64,000 bases of DNA. Source: Eutreptiella sp. 'Long Island Sound 2002'. Lineage: Eukaryota > Protista > Euglenida. Shown here piece after piece: positions 10,781 to 23,700 of this stretch; within the stretch, counting starts at the first letter, position 1, and every line of letters starts with the position of its first letter. The DNA is taken from NCBI GenBank assembly GCA_964036045.1, contig OZ038378.1, positions 137,144,001 through 137,208,000 on the forward strand. Direction: 5' to 3'. The position numbers and the translations under genes are program-made. The notes under the pieces are model-generated. The model saw nothing but the letters and a program-made list of their open reading frames with translations. It made no database searches and had not been told where the DNA came from.

Positions 10781-12339
10781 TTGTGGTGGCATCCCGAGAT
10801 GATCCCCTCAACCGGGCGGAGCACCTAGCGATGCGTGGTGACGTCGGCGTGGGGGATTTGGGGCTCCGCCTCGACGCTCGCCACACGGATGTTGCCCAGC
10901 CTCATGGGGTGGAAGTCCCCCACAAAGAAGACAATGTCCAAAGAGGGGGGTGGGGACTTCTTCCCAAGCCCCCCCCCCCCGTCCCAGCCCCCCCCCCCCT
11001 TGCTTTGCTAACGCCGGGGGAGGGCAAGGGCCTTCGTCTGCTCATCTAACAACCCGGCATTGAACAACACCGAAAAGTTCTTCGCCACCAGTCTCTCGTC
11101 CCCCTTCCCCAAGGCTTTCGTGACCTTCCTCCACCCCACTTCACAATCTTTCACCTCCACCAAGACCCAACGCATCGTGCAACCGTTGCCATTGACAAAG
11201 TTGATGCGGCGTTGGAAGCGGGCAAACCTGTTGACGTCCAAGGGTAGTCGCAGGTCAGCCCAAGGGCGAGGGTGGGGAAGGGGTTTGGTGCGGAGGGGGG
11301 GCTCACTCGAACTCAAAATGGGGGGAGCAAGAATATCCATGCCGCCACTGGAAGGCAGTGGCAGAGTACCACGTGCGGTCGGTGATGTTAGGGATATGAG
11401 TCTTGGGGTGGATGGTGGGATGGAAAGGGGCGATGCCCAAATCCTTCCACCAACGGCGGATGGCAACATGCGAGGACAAGGGGGAAAGGGAGAGGTTGGC
11501 TGGAAAGGGGATACCACTAAGATCCTCAAGAGGTACCATGCTGAAAAGGGGTGGGGTGGGGGGGGCAGGGTAAGTGGTGGGGTAGGAATGGACAGGGGTG
11601 TCCTTGGTCTTCCCCACCGAGTTAGAACCCGGCCCCTTCAACAACTGGTCCACAGCGGCGTGGGAGGGGAGGAGGCGCATGAAGCGCACAGTAGGAACCC
11701 GAAGAGGGGGCTTCCTCCACAACTCCGTCGACCAGGCCTTCCCTGGAAGTTATGAGTTGGGGGTGGGGCTACAAAATGTAATATGAATAACTTTGGGGGT
11801 GGGGTGACGCATGCCTCCCCCGTGCACCACTACCTCAACACTCAGGGCGTCCAGGTGATAGGTAAGGTCCCCCATGTCGTGGTGCGCCACGGGGAGGCCC
11901 TACTAACACACCGGCGTGTGCGCAGTGCAGTCCTGGCGAGTTTGAAGGGATGCAAGTTGGCTCAAGGTTTGAGACAATGTGACAAAAGAAGGCGGGTACA
12001 ATCATAGCTAACAACGATAAGGAAACAAAGCAAAATTAGCACAAATTGGTACGAAATGGTTCGAAATTCGTACGAAGTTCGTACAAATTGTGTACAAAAT
12101 TTACATGCGTAAATTAGGTGCGAATTCTACGAGTGCTTCGGATGATTTAGTGAGTTCGACAAAACAACATCGAATGATCGTGACCTAACAGCTAGTTAAT
12201 ACATCCAATTCCTCCAGGTTTACAGCAGCACCGGTTTGGCAAAGGTAGGACGGGAAACACACACGATGTTACCAAGATTCACGCAAAAAGTAGCGGGAAA
12301 TAGACAAATTTGCGCCTCCGCAACCGCTCATTCAAGCGA

Positions 12340-14180
12340 CCGGTTCACACATGGTACATGTGTGAACAACTTAATCGGGTCCGGTAATACGAGGGCCCAC
12401 ATCCCATGAACAAGCGTACTTGGGGTTCCAATGACCAATCATAATGGGTTTGCCGATGCTTTGCCATCACATGCAGCCTTGAATGCAAATCTGTAGCGCA
12501 CGCCATAGCGTTATCACTGGGTACTCTTGGAGCCGCTGTAGGATGGGGCGGAGCTTTCTCATAGGAAGCAGACTGCCTTCTAGGTTGCTCCACATCGGAG
12601 TCATCACTCTAGTCATGGGATTCCCGCATTGTGTTCCTCTCCTTCCCCTTTGCACGTGTTGTGGTTTGCTAGGGCTTGTTACATTGCGCCGGCGTTGCAA
12701 CAACTATTGGCCCTGCATCCAACACATCTTTGAGGGGCTCAAACTGCCATGCACCACACACACTACTTGATTGACCGCTAGTCGACAAGGCGCCAACCGT
12801 GTACACGGCGCCAAATGAAGAACTGCTACTAAAACTTGCCCTCAAACTGAAGCTAGAAATGTTGTCTGCCGTAGTCACGACTACCTCCATAGGGTTTTGG
12901 ACGGCAGGAATGGGCAAGGGGATTTCCTTGTTCATTGTATGTTGCTCTCGGCGTGGTGCCCCAAAACATGCAACCACCACTACTCGCTCCTCCTCCCCAA
13001 CAATGAAGTACGAAGGTGCCATGATGGGTGCAGGGCATACATGCATAACCACCTTGTAAATGACTCGACCAGACAAAATGTCGGTCTATTTGTGGAGGGC
13101 TCCATTCGGAGCCGTTCGTTGCTGTAGTCACATGCAACTTTGTGTATGCCACGCGACATATATTGTGCATTTTGCCACGATGTGTCAAAGGAGTGACCTG
13201 CAGAAAAGGCAAAAATTAGAGGCATCCATCCCTTGCCCCCCCCCCCCCCACCATCAATGTCCCAACCGGAAACATGCCGCCACATGTGCTCGCCCGCCGA
13301 CCAACTGCATACGCTGTTGGCGTCCCGCGAAAGAAAACACCACCATCACTTGCTAAACGACCCTTTTTAACTGCTCAATGCTACGGGCATAATCCAGGCC
13401 GTTGAACGGGGCTGTAGCAATGGCATCTAGCCATGGTGCGGCCAAGATATAATTTGACAATGTCTCCGGGTTATTCCATTTTGAAATGCCAAACATTGTT
13501 CAACGTAGGTTCGGGCTTCACAAAGTGACATTCTCACCTAGATATGGTTTGTACTCCACCATGCAGCCTCCCACACCAAAGTGCCACACTAGCAGCTTCT
13601 GGCACATCCCAAGGCTAATAGAAACATAACACAAAACAATGGGTGGTCGGATTCTCTACCTCCGTTTGCGAGAAACCAACTTCCGTGACATACTTCAACA
13701 AATTAGCCACCCTCCAAAACCCAATGGAAGCAGTGCCATTCCGAAAGTAGTTCGTGAGGGTTGAAAAAGCATCCCTCGGACCAACCAGATTCTCACCCTT
13801 CGGCTTGGACATATACTATCCCCAAAAGGGTGACTTGCATTTGCTACAGGCGGTCGCGACTATGCAAATAATCATCAGCCTTACCATTACTAAGATGTTC
13901 AAAACCTGTTGCAAATACAACTTCGTCCGTTTTCACAAATGCAAAAAGGGGAATGGTCCTCGTCCTACCCTATTCCCATTGACTACAAGAGGGAGGTGAA
14001 CCGGCCACGATCAGGCAACACAGGTGCCAGATCTGAATGACTAGTTGCCTCCTCTTCTACTTCATTGTCCTCCTCCTCTTCTTCCTCCTCTATGACCTCC
14101 AGCTTTGCCTTTGCCTTTGCTTCCTCAAAATCCTCGACGGCTCGAAGATCATTCTTTCAATGTGTGCACCTTTTGGATGT
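12340..14180 (-). pseudogene. Decayed protein-coding remnant of unknown family (probably TE-derived)
   Basis: Protein-like stretches joined across stops and frameshifts: AVEDFEEAKAKAKLEVIEEEEEE; RTIPLFAFVKTDEVVFATGF; ISKWNNPETLSNYILAAPWLDAIATAPFNGLDYARSIEQLKRVV. Confidence 0.35.
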
Positions 14181-14209
14181 GCCTATGGCCCACTTGTGTT
14201 GTTTAGTGT

Positions 14210-17200
14210 ATGTAGTTGTACATGGGAGTAGAACCCCTCCGGAATATGTAGTATCGTGTAGACCTTTGTACATATCACAACAGCAGGTCTACTCCCAAGT
14301 ACAAGTGCTGCGGTGATATGTACAAGGGTATGGACCCCTATGCATATGACTGCAGGGGGTTTATTCCCCTGTACAAGTGCCGCGGTGATATGCACAAGGG
14401 TGTAGACCCTTGTACACATCACGGGAGGGGTCAATTCCGCTACAAAAGTGCTGTGGTGATATGTACAACGGGAAGGACGAATGTACATACTGGCGCAGGC
14501 AGTTTACTCCCTTGAAAAATGGCTATGGTGATACATACAAGGGCAAAGACCCTAGTACATATCACCGCAGCGGATGTACTCCCCTGTACATGTGCTGCAG
14601 TCATACGTACAAGGTTGCCTACCCCCGTACGTATCACCGCAAGGGGTTTATTCCCATGAGCAAGTGCTGCCGTGATATGTACAACCGTGTGGAGCATTGT
14701 ACATATCACCGCAAGGGGCCGCTATCTTTCAAAACCTGGGGGGGAGGGGGGGGGGGGCTGGGGGGTGTCGCATAAAAGGACCGGCCCCAGCCGCCCGCCC
14801 GTGGGTGAGATGTACAAGGGTCTAGACCTTTTTGATATCACCGCAAGAGGTTTGTTCCCATGCAACAATGTTGCAATGATACGTATAAGGGTGTAGAACC
14901 TGGTGCATATCACCGCGGGGCGTCTACTCCCCTGGAAAACAATTGCACTGAGATGTACAATGGTGCAGACCCTTGTACACATCACCAAAAGGGCTCTACT
15001 CACCCATGCAAGTGCTACAGCGATATGTAAAAGGGTATAGACCCTTGCACATATCACCGCTAGGGGTATATTCCCACGTGAAGTGCAGCGATGATATGTA
15101 TAAGCGTGTACACCCTTGTACATATCACTAAACCGGGTCTATTCCCACGGACAAGTGTTGCACTGGTATGTACAAGGCTGCGGACCATTGTACATGTATC
15201 ACCGCAAAGGGTCTATTTCCATGCACAAGTGCTGTGGTGACATGTACCATAGTGTGCACCCTTGGACATACCACCACAACGGGTCTATTCTCTGTACTAT
15301 TGCTCGGGTGATATATACAAGGGTGTAGGCGGTCTAGCACCATAGAAGGTCTATTTCCATGCGCAAGTGTTGTGGTGATATGCACAAGGCTGCACACCCT
15401 TGTAAATATCACCGCAAGGGGTCGATTCCCACGCACAATTGCCGGGGTAACATGCATAAGGCTGTGCACCCTTGTGCATACCAGCACTGGGGGTCTATTC
15501 CCTTACAAAATGGCCGCGGTGTTCTCTACAAGGTTGCACACTCTTGTACATACCAGCGCAAGGGTCCTATTCCCATGCACAAGTTTTGCGGAAAGATGTA
15601 CAAGGGTGCACACTCTTGTACATACCACCGCAAGGGGTCTTATGCCATGCAAAAGCGCTGCGGCGATATGCAAAAGGGTGTAGACCTTTGTAAAGGTCAC
15701 CGCAAAGGGGTCTATTGCCGTGCACAAGTGTTGCCGTGATATGTGCAAGGGTAGGCCCCCTTGTGCATATCACCGCATGGGGTCTCCTCCCCTGTACCAG
15801 TGCTGTAGTGATATGTACAAGCCTGCGGACCCATGTACATATCATCCCCCGGGGTCTCCTCACCTGTACCAGTGCTGTAGTGATATGTACAAACCTGCGG
15901 ACCCATGTACATATCATCCCCCGGGGTCTGCTCCCCTCTACCAGGGCTCCGCTGATATGTAGAACGGCGTACACCTTTGTACAGATCACGGCAAGCGGTC
16001 TATTGCCATGCAAAAGTGTTGCGGTGTTATGTGCAAGAAAAAGACTTTTGTACATATCACCGCAAGGGGTCTACTTTTCTATACCAGTGCTGAAGTGATA
16101 TGTACAAGGGTGTGCACCGTTCTACATATCACCGAACGGGGTGTATTCCCCTGCACAAGTGCCAACGCAATACATACATACAGGGCGTAGATAGTTGTAT
16201 GCATCGCCACACGGGGGCTATTGCCCTATAAAAGTGATGCCGTGAGATGTACAAGGACCGGGACCCTTGTCCATAGCATCTCACGGGGTCTTTTCCCATG
16301 TACATATGCTGTGGTGATATGTACCAGGGTGTAGGCCACGGTACATATCACCGCAGGGTTTCTATTCCTATTTACAAGTGTTGTGTTCATATCTAAAAGA
16401 GTGTATACCCTTGTGCATCTTGCTACACGTGGCGCGGTCCCTTGTACAAATGCTGTGTGAGATGTGCAAGGGTGTAGACCATTGTAGATATCACGGCACA
16501 GGGTTTACTCCCTCGTACAAGTCCTGCGGTGATATGTACAAGGGTGTAGATGTATGGGGCAGTAACCCCCGGCAGTGATATGCCAAAGGATCTACACCCT
16601 TGTACAAAGCGCCGTAGTACTTGTGCACGGGAATATACCCCCTCTGGTGATATGTAACAAGGTCTACACCCTTGTAGATATCAACACCACTGGTAAGGGG
16701 GAGTAGACCCCCTTCCGTGATGTACACAATCGTCTATAGACTTGTACATCTCAGAGCAACATTTGTGCAAGGGACTACCCCCCTTGCGGTGATATGTTCG
16801 ATGGTTGTTACCCTTGTAAGTATCACCGCGGCACTTGTATACCAGAATAGACGCCGTGGGGTGATATGTACAAGGGTCTACATCCTTGTAAATATCATTA
16901 CAGCACGTGTACAAGGGAGTAGACCCCCTATGGCGAGATGTACAAGGCTCCACACACTTGTACATGTCACCGCAACACTTGTACATAGGAAATAGACCCC
17001 CGGAGTGATATGTACCAGGGTCTTTACCCTTGAACATATCACGGCAACTCTTGTACACGAGAATAGACCCCCTTCGCTGTAATGTACAAGGGTCTACATA
17101 CTTGTACATATCACGGCACCGCTTGTACAACGGAGTAAACCCCCTACGGCAATATGTACAATCGTCTTTCACCTTGTACATATCACCTGAGCATATGTGC

Positions 17201-18000
17201 AAGGGACCAGACCCCGTGCACCGACCAGACCCCGCAGCTAGACCCTTGTAGTTATCACCGCAAGGGGTCTACTCCCCTCTACAAGTGTTGTGGTGATATG
17301 TACCAAGGTGTAGAACCTTGTACATAGCAACGAGGGGGTCTATTCTCTTGTACGCCGGATGTGGCGAAATCCCCAATGGTGCAGACACTTGTACATTACA
17401 ACATAGGGGGTCTATTCTCATGTACAAGTGCTGCAGCGATATGTATACCTGCGACGGTGAGAAGTACAAGGGTATAGACCCTTGTACTTATGACCGCACG
17501 AGGTCAACTCCCCTGTACAAGTGTTGTGGTGATATGTACAAGGGTGTAGCCCCTTGTACATAACAACAGCGGGGGCCTATTCTGTGGTACACAAGGGTGT
17601 AGAACCTTGTACATTACAATGTATTCCCGTGTAGTGCTGCCGTGATATGTACACTTGTATGAGTGAGATGTACAAAGGTGTAGACCCTTGTACATATCAC
17701 TGCACGGCGTGAACTCCCCTTTACAAGTGCTGCGGTGATATGTACAAGGGTGTAGACCGTTGTACATTACAGCGGATTCCCGTGTAAGAGTGCTACGGCG
17801 ATGTGTACAAGGGGAAACACTCCGGTGAAATGTACAGGCGTGAGGACACTTGTACATAACACCGTACAGGATGCAATCCCCTATAGAACTGTTGCGGTAA
17901 TATAGACAAGGGCGTAGACCCTTGCACATACCAGCTGAGGCAGTGTACTCCCCTATACAAGCGGTAGGGTGATGTGTATAGGGGTGCAAACCCTTGTAGA
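14210..18000. repeat. Satellite of ~50 diverged 72-bp units made of nested palindromes; central block inverted
   Basis: Consensus TGTACATATCACCGCAAGGGGTCTACTCCCCTGTACAAGTGCTGCGGTGATATGTACAAGGGTGTAGACCCT. GTCTATT recurs at 15137, 15211 and 15283. About 16555-17225 is in the opposite orientation. G-rich interruption at ~14735-14800. Confidence 0.92.
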
Positions 18001-18039
18001 AATCAGAATGTGGAAATCTAGATCCTAAATAAACTCCTT

Positions 18040-18260
18040 ATCACCACGACGCCACCACCACACCACCACCACAACCACCACGACCAACACCACGACCACG
18101 GCAATTGCCCACCACCAGCACCACCACCGCACCATCACCACACCACCATCGCCATACCACCACCACCTCCTCCACTGCTGCACCACCACCACACCACCAC
18201 TTCCACACCACCACCACTGCACCGCCATGAGACCACCAACACCGGATACACCAACACCAA
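18040..18260. repeat. (CAC/ACC)n low-complexity tract
   Basis: Degenerate CACCAC triplet repeat. Confidence 0.9.
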
Positions 18261-18749
18261 GACTTACACTAGCAGGCAAGGTAACATACTTGGTACGGTG
18301 GCAAGCGGTAAGGAAAAAAGCAACCAATGCAAAAAAAAAACTTTTGGAACAAAAAACTCATCCCCTCCCAAAACACAGTGCACATACTTTCATTTGATCA
18401 TGAAATCTATAAAGAAGAGGGGGGAATACCCACCCAAAGCTGAATGCACATGGTGCAATCACGAGAAATCACGCCATATCTTATCACATCACCAGTGCAC
18501 CAATGACATCACATCATGTTACATCAACATTCACACCTAGGGCCGAAAAGTACCTTCGACCAAGTGAAGTATGAGGTCCCCCTATGGCCCTTGGTACACA
18601 TTGTGGCATGTCTTGTTTCAAGGACGCTGACCACCACCCAATGGCACCGACAAATTAGATCCATCCCTAGGAGAGGACTATGGCTTGAGGGGGGAGGGGG
18701 CTTTTCTTGGGCAAGCGGGGGTTGGGGGGGGGGGGCTACCGAGCATGCA

Positions 18750-19500
18750 TTGGGGCCCGAGGGTACGTTAGATGTAGTGGACAAAAAGGTTTGACTACTT
18801 CAACTCGGGGGGGGAGGGGTTGGTGTCTTGGAGCGCATTCCGATGTCTTGGGGCGACAAAACCGGTCACCTCTTGTGGTAGTGGATGCTTGGACAAAAGG
18901 TTCACTTCAATGTGCCCCATTGTCAATTGCACCGCAAGTCTTGTACACTGACGGCTATAGATGGCAAAACCCTGCGTCCCAATGCTGCTCACGCATGCTA
19001 TCCACAATACAGTGGCAATCAGTAGCCTCGCCAACAACGACAACCATGAAATTCCGCTGCTGCCGCAAACTGACCAAAGTATGCATCGTGGGATTGAAAC
19101 CATGGCAAGCTCAATGTAGACCACCACAAACAATATGCTAGCCGGTGCTGCCTGGGTAGTCGTGCCCATCTTTTGGGAGTACTAGCAACTTGCCAATAGA
19201 ATCCCGATCCAGCTGCAATGGGCCGCACATGGTTCCGTACTACAAAATTGCATGATGAACGGCCGACTACACTGGACACAAGAGGTTGTCAAGGCACCGG
19301 CGCAAGAAGACCTCAAATGGCTCCTCGGTGGCACCCGTGTGAACGTCCACGGTGAAGAAATTGTCTTGGGCGGTCGATATAGTCGGTGCCACCAATGACT
19401 TCGCCGGCCACTCCCGCAAGGCTTGGTAGCTTGCCATATTGGTGCACCGAGGACAGACTTTTATGGGGGACAAAGATCTTCTTCCGTCCAATGCCAGTTG
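18750..19500 (-). pseudogene. Possible pogo/Tc1-mariner DDE transposase remnant
   Basis: Degenerate PFEVFLRRCL...VVVVGEATDCH...P...AIDNGAH.SEPF loosely resembles the pogo DDE_1 pattern (LLxxDxH...QPLDxGxNxPF). Many stops. Confidence 0.25.
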
Positions 19501-21499
19501 TCAATTCTCAAGAACATGACACCTGAACAGGCCCCGAGACCGATTCAATTAATTAAGCCAAGTTGCGTGACCACTGTGTGGTGTACCTCGTAAATTGTGT
19601 TGTTCACATTACATTTGCCAACAAAGCAGCCGGGGCGAGCTACTCTTCCATCGAACTCGTCTTTACAAATGGTATTTTGACGTGGTGGCAACATGACGCC
19701 TTACTTGGCGCCAAGTGCTCGAGGTGAACACAGAAGTATGACTCCTTGTTGGGTGGCAAATATGTTAAGGCTACACACGATCGTGTGTCAACCCCCTTTT
19801 CCCCTCTTTCAACTCAGCGCCTTCAAATACAATGTAAGCCATGAACTTGCAGATGGTATTGTTTCGGGTGGGCACCGTCGTTCAAAACATCTTATTTGGT
19901 ACGGTTGTACTATGGCCCCGAGCCTCTAGCTATCGGAGCTGAGTGTGCAGCAGGGCGTGCACAAACACTATCCGGCAGAGCAACACGACCCATTGTTTTA
20001 GCATATTTGTCCGTAGATGATCACTGGCTGCTAATGAACAGCAGTAGTGAAGGGAGAAACACCAGGAATTCGAATGCCGCGGTAGAACGACGAATCAACA
20101 AGCAAAACGTAAGGAGACACCCACCAATGTGATGTCGTGTGCACCAAATCCACCATTCACCGATAACGTCGTCAAGTGATCTTTTGCGGTCCCCAACCCC
20201 GTGGGATCCCTCTCGTATGCCACGGAGTTTTGCCCAAACCTTTCATAGCTTCCGCGCGCCTGTGATGTCTTGTTTGCTTGATTGATGCCTCCAAGTGCTT
20301 CACAGATAGTCAGTTCCGTCTCACCTGCGGAGGATGGAGGACAGGGTAGGAACAAAGCCGGGGGTCGCGTAGATGTTCCTGACGATCAAGATGTTCACAG
20401 TGTCTTATATGGGTTGAAGATGTGTGAGACGAACGTTCTGTTGCGTGTTCAGCTACATTCGGCTCTTTGGGGAAGCTGCTTTTCGATGTTGATGACATGA
20501 ATGACAATGTAACCCCTATGAGTCTCTCGGAGGAGGAGCATGACTTCAGCCAGCATCCATCCGATGATGAACCGGCGCAGATTCTCATTCTTTGAACCCT
20601 CCTCCCCCGGCCCCCGCTCCTCAACCGCATTGCCATTCTGTTTTCGGGTATGATACCAGAGCAGCTAGCGTTTGCTGGGCCAGTTGGGGCTAGCCACGCA
20701 TGACCTTACCGTAGTGTCTGTTTTGTTTGTCATTTATTGGTCTTTACCAGTCGTACAACGTGTACACATTTGAATAATATTTTGAAGCCTTGAGGTTGGC
20801 GGTGAACTCCTAACAACGTCAAATATGGAAATCAATGTGCAGTTCCAATTAGAGTGATGTTGTCTCACCTTTATCAAACCGGTGTGGTGCATGGCTAGTG
20901 GTATGAAGCCTGTGGAGGAGAGGTCGATGTAAGCGACCAATTTGGTTCTCAACGCAGCATCCAGTTTCAAGTTTTGCAGCATTTCTATGTCTAGCCGTTG
21001 TGTAGTGCCTTTTTTTTGTTGAGTGGGCAACCCCAACGCGGTTGAGGACTACAAACTCTCTGTTGTTTGAGTGGGCCAACTCAATCTCAAGATGTTGCAG
21101 CAAGACGGGTATGTGATCCATCACAAACACCGGGTGGTAGGGGAGCAAACACGGACATTGCATTGAAGATCAAGCTGCTCATTGTGTGAAGAAAAAGGTT
21201 AGGATTACACTAGATAGATTATGACTTGCTGCGGACATAGAATTCGGGCACAACAGACAATTGAATATGGAAATAGTTTAGGACAAACTGAAGGACTTGA
21301 GAAAGTGTCCGCCAATTAGAGTGATCCGTATCGGATTTTGGGTAGATGGAAGTATGCTGCCTCCCTGTGTGCCTGCCAATAGGACATTCCTCAGGCTGTC
21401 ATTTCCGTCATCACTAGCTGGTGTCATCCGCTTATGGTCGAAGTAGTTGTTTGGACCGGTGGGGAACATGTGCTTTTCATTTTAGGCGGCATCTACTGC

Positions 21500-23700
21500 G
21501 TCTCCGTGATGTTTGATGTGGAGAAGCGAACTCATTTGCCCCCTTGCTAGTGTATTGTTTTTTTTAGCAAGTATTATTAAAGCAAAGAGAGAGGTTCCGC
21601 TGAGAGCAGGCGTCTATCTTGGGAAGTAAGGTTTGCTGCTTGGGCAATGGAACCTCTGAAGTCCAATTGATCAAAGTTTTCCCCAAGATCATCTAGAGCT
21701 AACCCGTCCGACAACAACAGGAGCATACTCTTGCGGAAGACCGTTTGTTGCATGGCTCATCCATGTTATTGGGGATGGGCTTGGAAAACTTGCAACCCTA
21801 AGGCAAGGGACCAACGAGGGTAGTGGTTTTGGCGGGTGTAAACGGAGCGGACAAACGTTCGGTGCCGGTGCAGCAAGCCCGAAACCGTCTACAAGGTGCC
21901 CGAAAAACGTCACACAAGCCCGGCTTGACCCGCAGACTTTTGGCTGTCATGCCGGTGTGAGGCAGCGTTGGTAAAAAATCCACTAGAGCAAGTAGCTGCA
22001 AGGGACTGGGATGGAACTGTATCAGGGCACACAAATGAGACAGTACAGGGTCACTTATCTCTTCAACAAACAGGCACCCAAGTGTCTTGCCCATCCATTG
22101 GTGCTAAACAACACTTGTACCACTCGGCCTACGCATGTCCTTTGCTTTTGCCTGCAAATGGTTAGTAAGAAACAGATGTAGTGAGAGGCTCTACTACAAG
22201 ATGGTATGAGTTGCTTCGCCCGTGCATTGGCTAGCGCCCAGACAAGGTGCGGTGGCGGACTCGTGTGCCCGATGCAAAAAATATAGCAAAAAAAATAAAC
22301 AGCGATGATTGAGACCCTGCAACCAACGGGTGGTTGTATTAGGTTGTTCCGGAGATAGGATAGTGGGCGCCAGCTGCGACCAGTCCAACCTGGCTGTGGA
22401 AGGGTCACGTATGCAGTCCTCTATTAGCATTAGCATTGTCATTACTTTCTCCATATGGGGCATTTTGCGGTGACGGTAGATATGAGCATCCACCTGCTAA
22501 CTAGAATGTTTTAGTGCAGCAAAAATGGGGAAGAAGGCCTTGTATACATCAAGGATAGCATGTTTATATGGGTGCTAGGCACCATACATACAACGTAACA
22601 AGGAGAGGCGCTCATGAAAATCATACTTCGCGTATGCCTAACCATAAAGAAACTGGACTAAATGATAGTGTACCTTCATGTTAAATATAAGGGGGAGGGG
22701 TTCACAGATATGCTCTTGTATCTACTGCATCTCCTCCAAAATGTGGAGCAAATGTAGAGTGCTACCGGTGGTCAAAAGAGTCAACAACAATGGTTGGAAC
22801 TAAACCGAATGAACATTGTCGCTGTAAACATCCAAGGGCACTCTGATGTACTCCGGCGTCAAAAGATATGCGTGTAACATCATTCAGGGACGTAACAACA
22901 ACAACACTATGGTGAACAATGGCATCAAGCTGGTGCAAAATTTGTCCCAAAGTCAGATGGCCAGGGAAGGGTTGTAGATGTGTGGTATGCAATACATCCA
23001 AGACAGTACGATTCATACTGGGCTTCGGGTCTTCTAGCTCTGCAGTAGACCTTTGTCACCACCATTTATCCCACCAAATCCCCATTTGGTGGTTGCGCGT
23101 TGACAACCGCAACTTTTGTGCACCAGAGGCGGCCTTAGTGCTTAGGGCCTTTGGTGTGTTAGTGACCATAGCACAAATTGCTAAAAAGCGAGGAACTCCT
23201 CGGATCACCCGTAAGGGTGTCTTTGCGATTTGTGAACAGGCCATGCCGACCGTTGAAGAACACACCATAGCATGTATAGCTGCTTACAAAACCTTATAAA
23301 CCATCTGGGCTTTACTTCGCCTACCCGCCTCAAGAATCCGAGGTATTGCCTTGGGTGTACCACGGCCAACCGCACTTGTGCCAACAAGTGCACCAACATT
23401 GTGACACTAGGCTCACAAGCTTGAAACTTGCGCAGTAGGGTGGCGCAAGTTGGGCAATGACAAGTACGTAGCAAATGACGAACCATAGAGCAGGACAATT
23501 TCATACGAAAAGGTCTAAAGAACCAGCAGAAAAGCCAATGAAGACGAACCAGGAAGGGTAACATGGTTGGTGTCGACATGATTGTCGCAACTACAGTATC
23601 TCGATCACTCGTATCATGAAAAACATTGCAATGTGTGTCGAATAACAGAAGTCGCACACATACTAGCTGGCAGGTTCTGCATCTCATAAAACATGATATG
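21500..23700 (-). pseudogene. Possible CACTA/CMC-type transposase remnant
   Basis: IYRHRKMPHMEKVMTML resembles the CACTA LRHNLDVMHIEKNV motif. Otherwise heavily decayed. Confidence 0.25.

Larger units (their letters stand above)
7900..12000 (-). mobile_element. Degenerate tyrosine-recombinase retroelement (DIRS/Ngaro/VIPER-like): RT, RNase H, YR remnants
   Basis: RT-like LRLPLDVNRFARF...LFNAGLLDE and frameshifted TLSSLWGLPP / P*GWATS at 10800-11250. RNase H-like segment ending QMWVRVGGIAP at ~9700-9870. YR-like IWGVPKS and LLWW.G...ALH remnants at 7900-8400. Confidence 0.5.
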
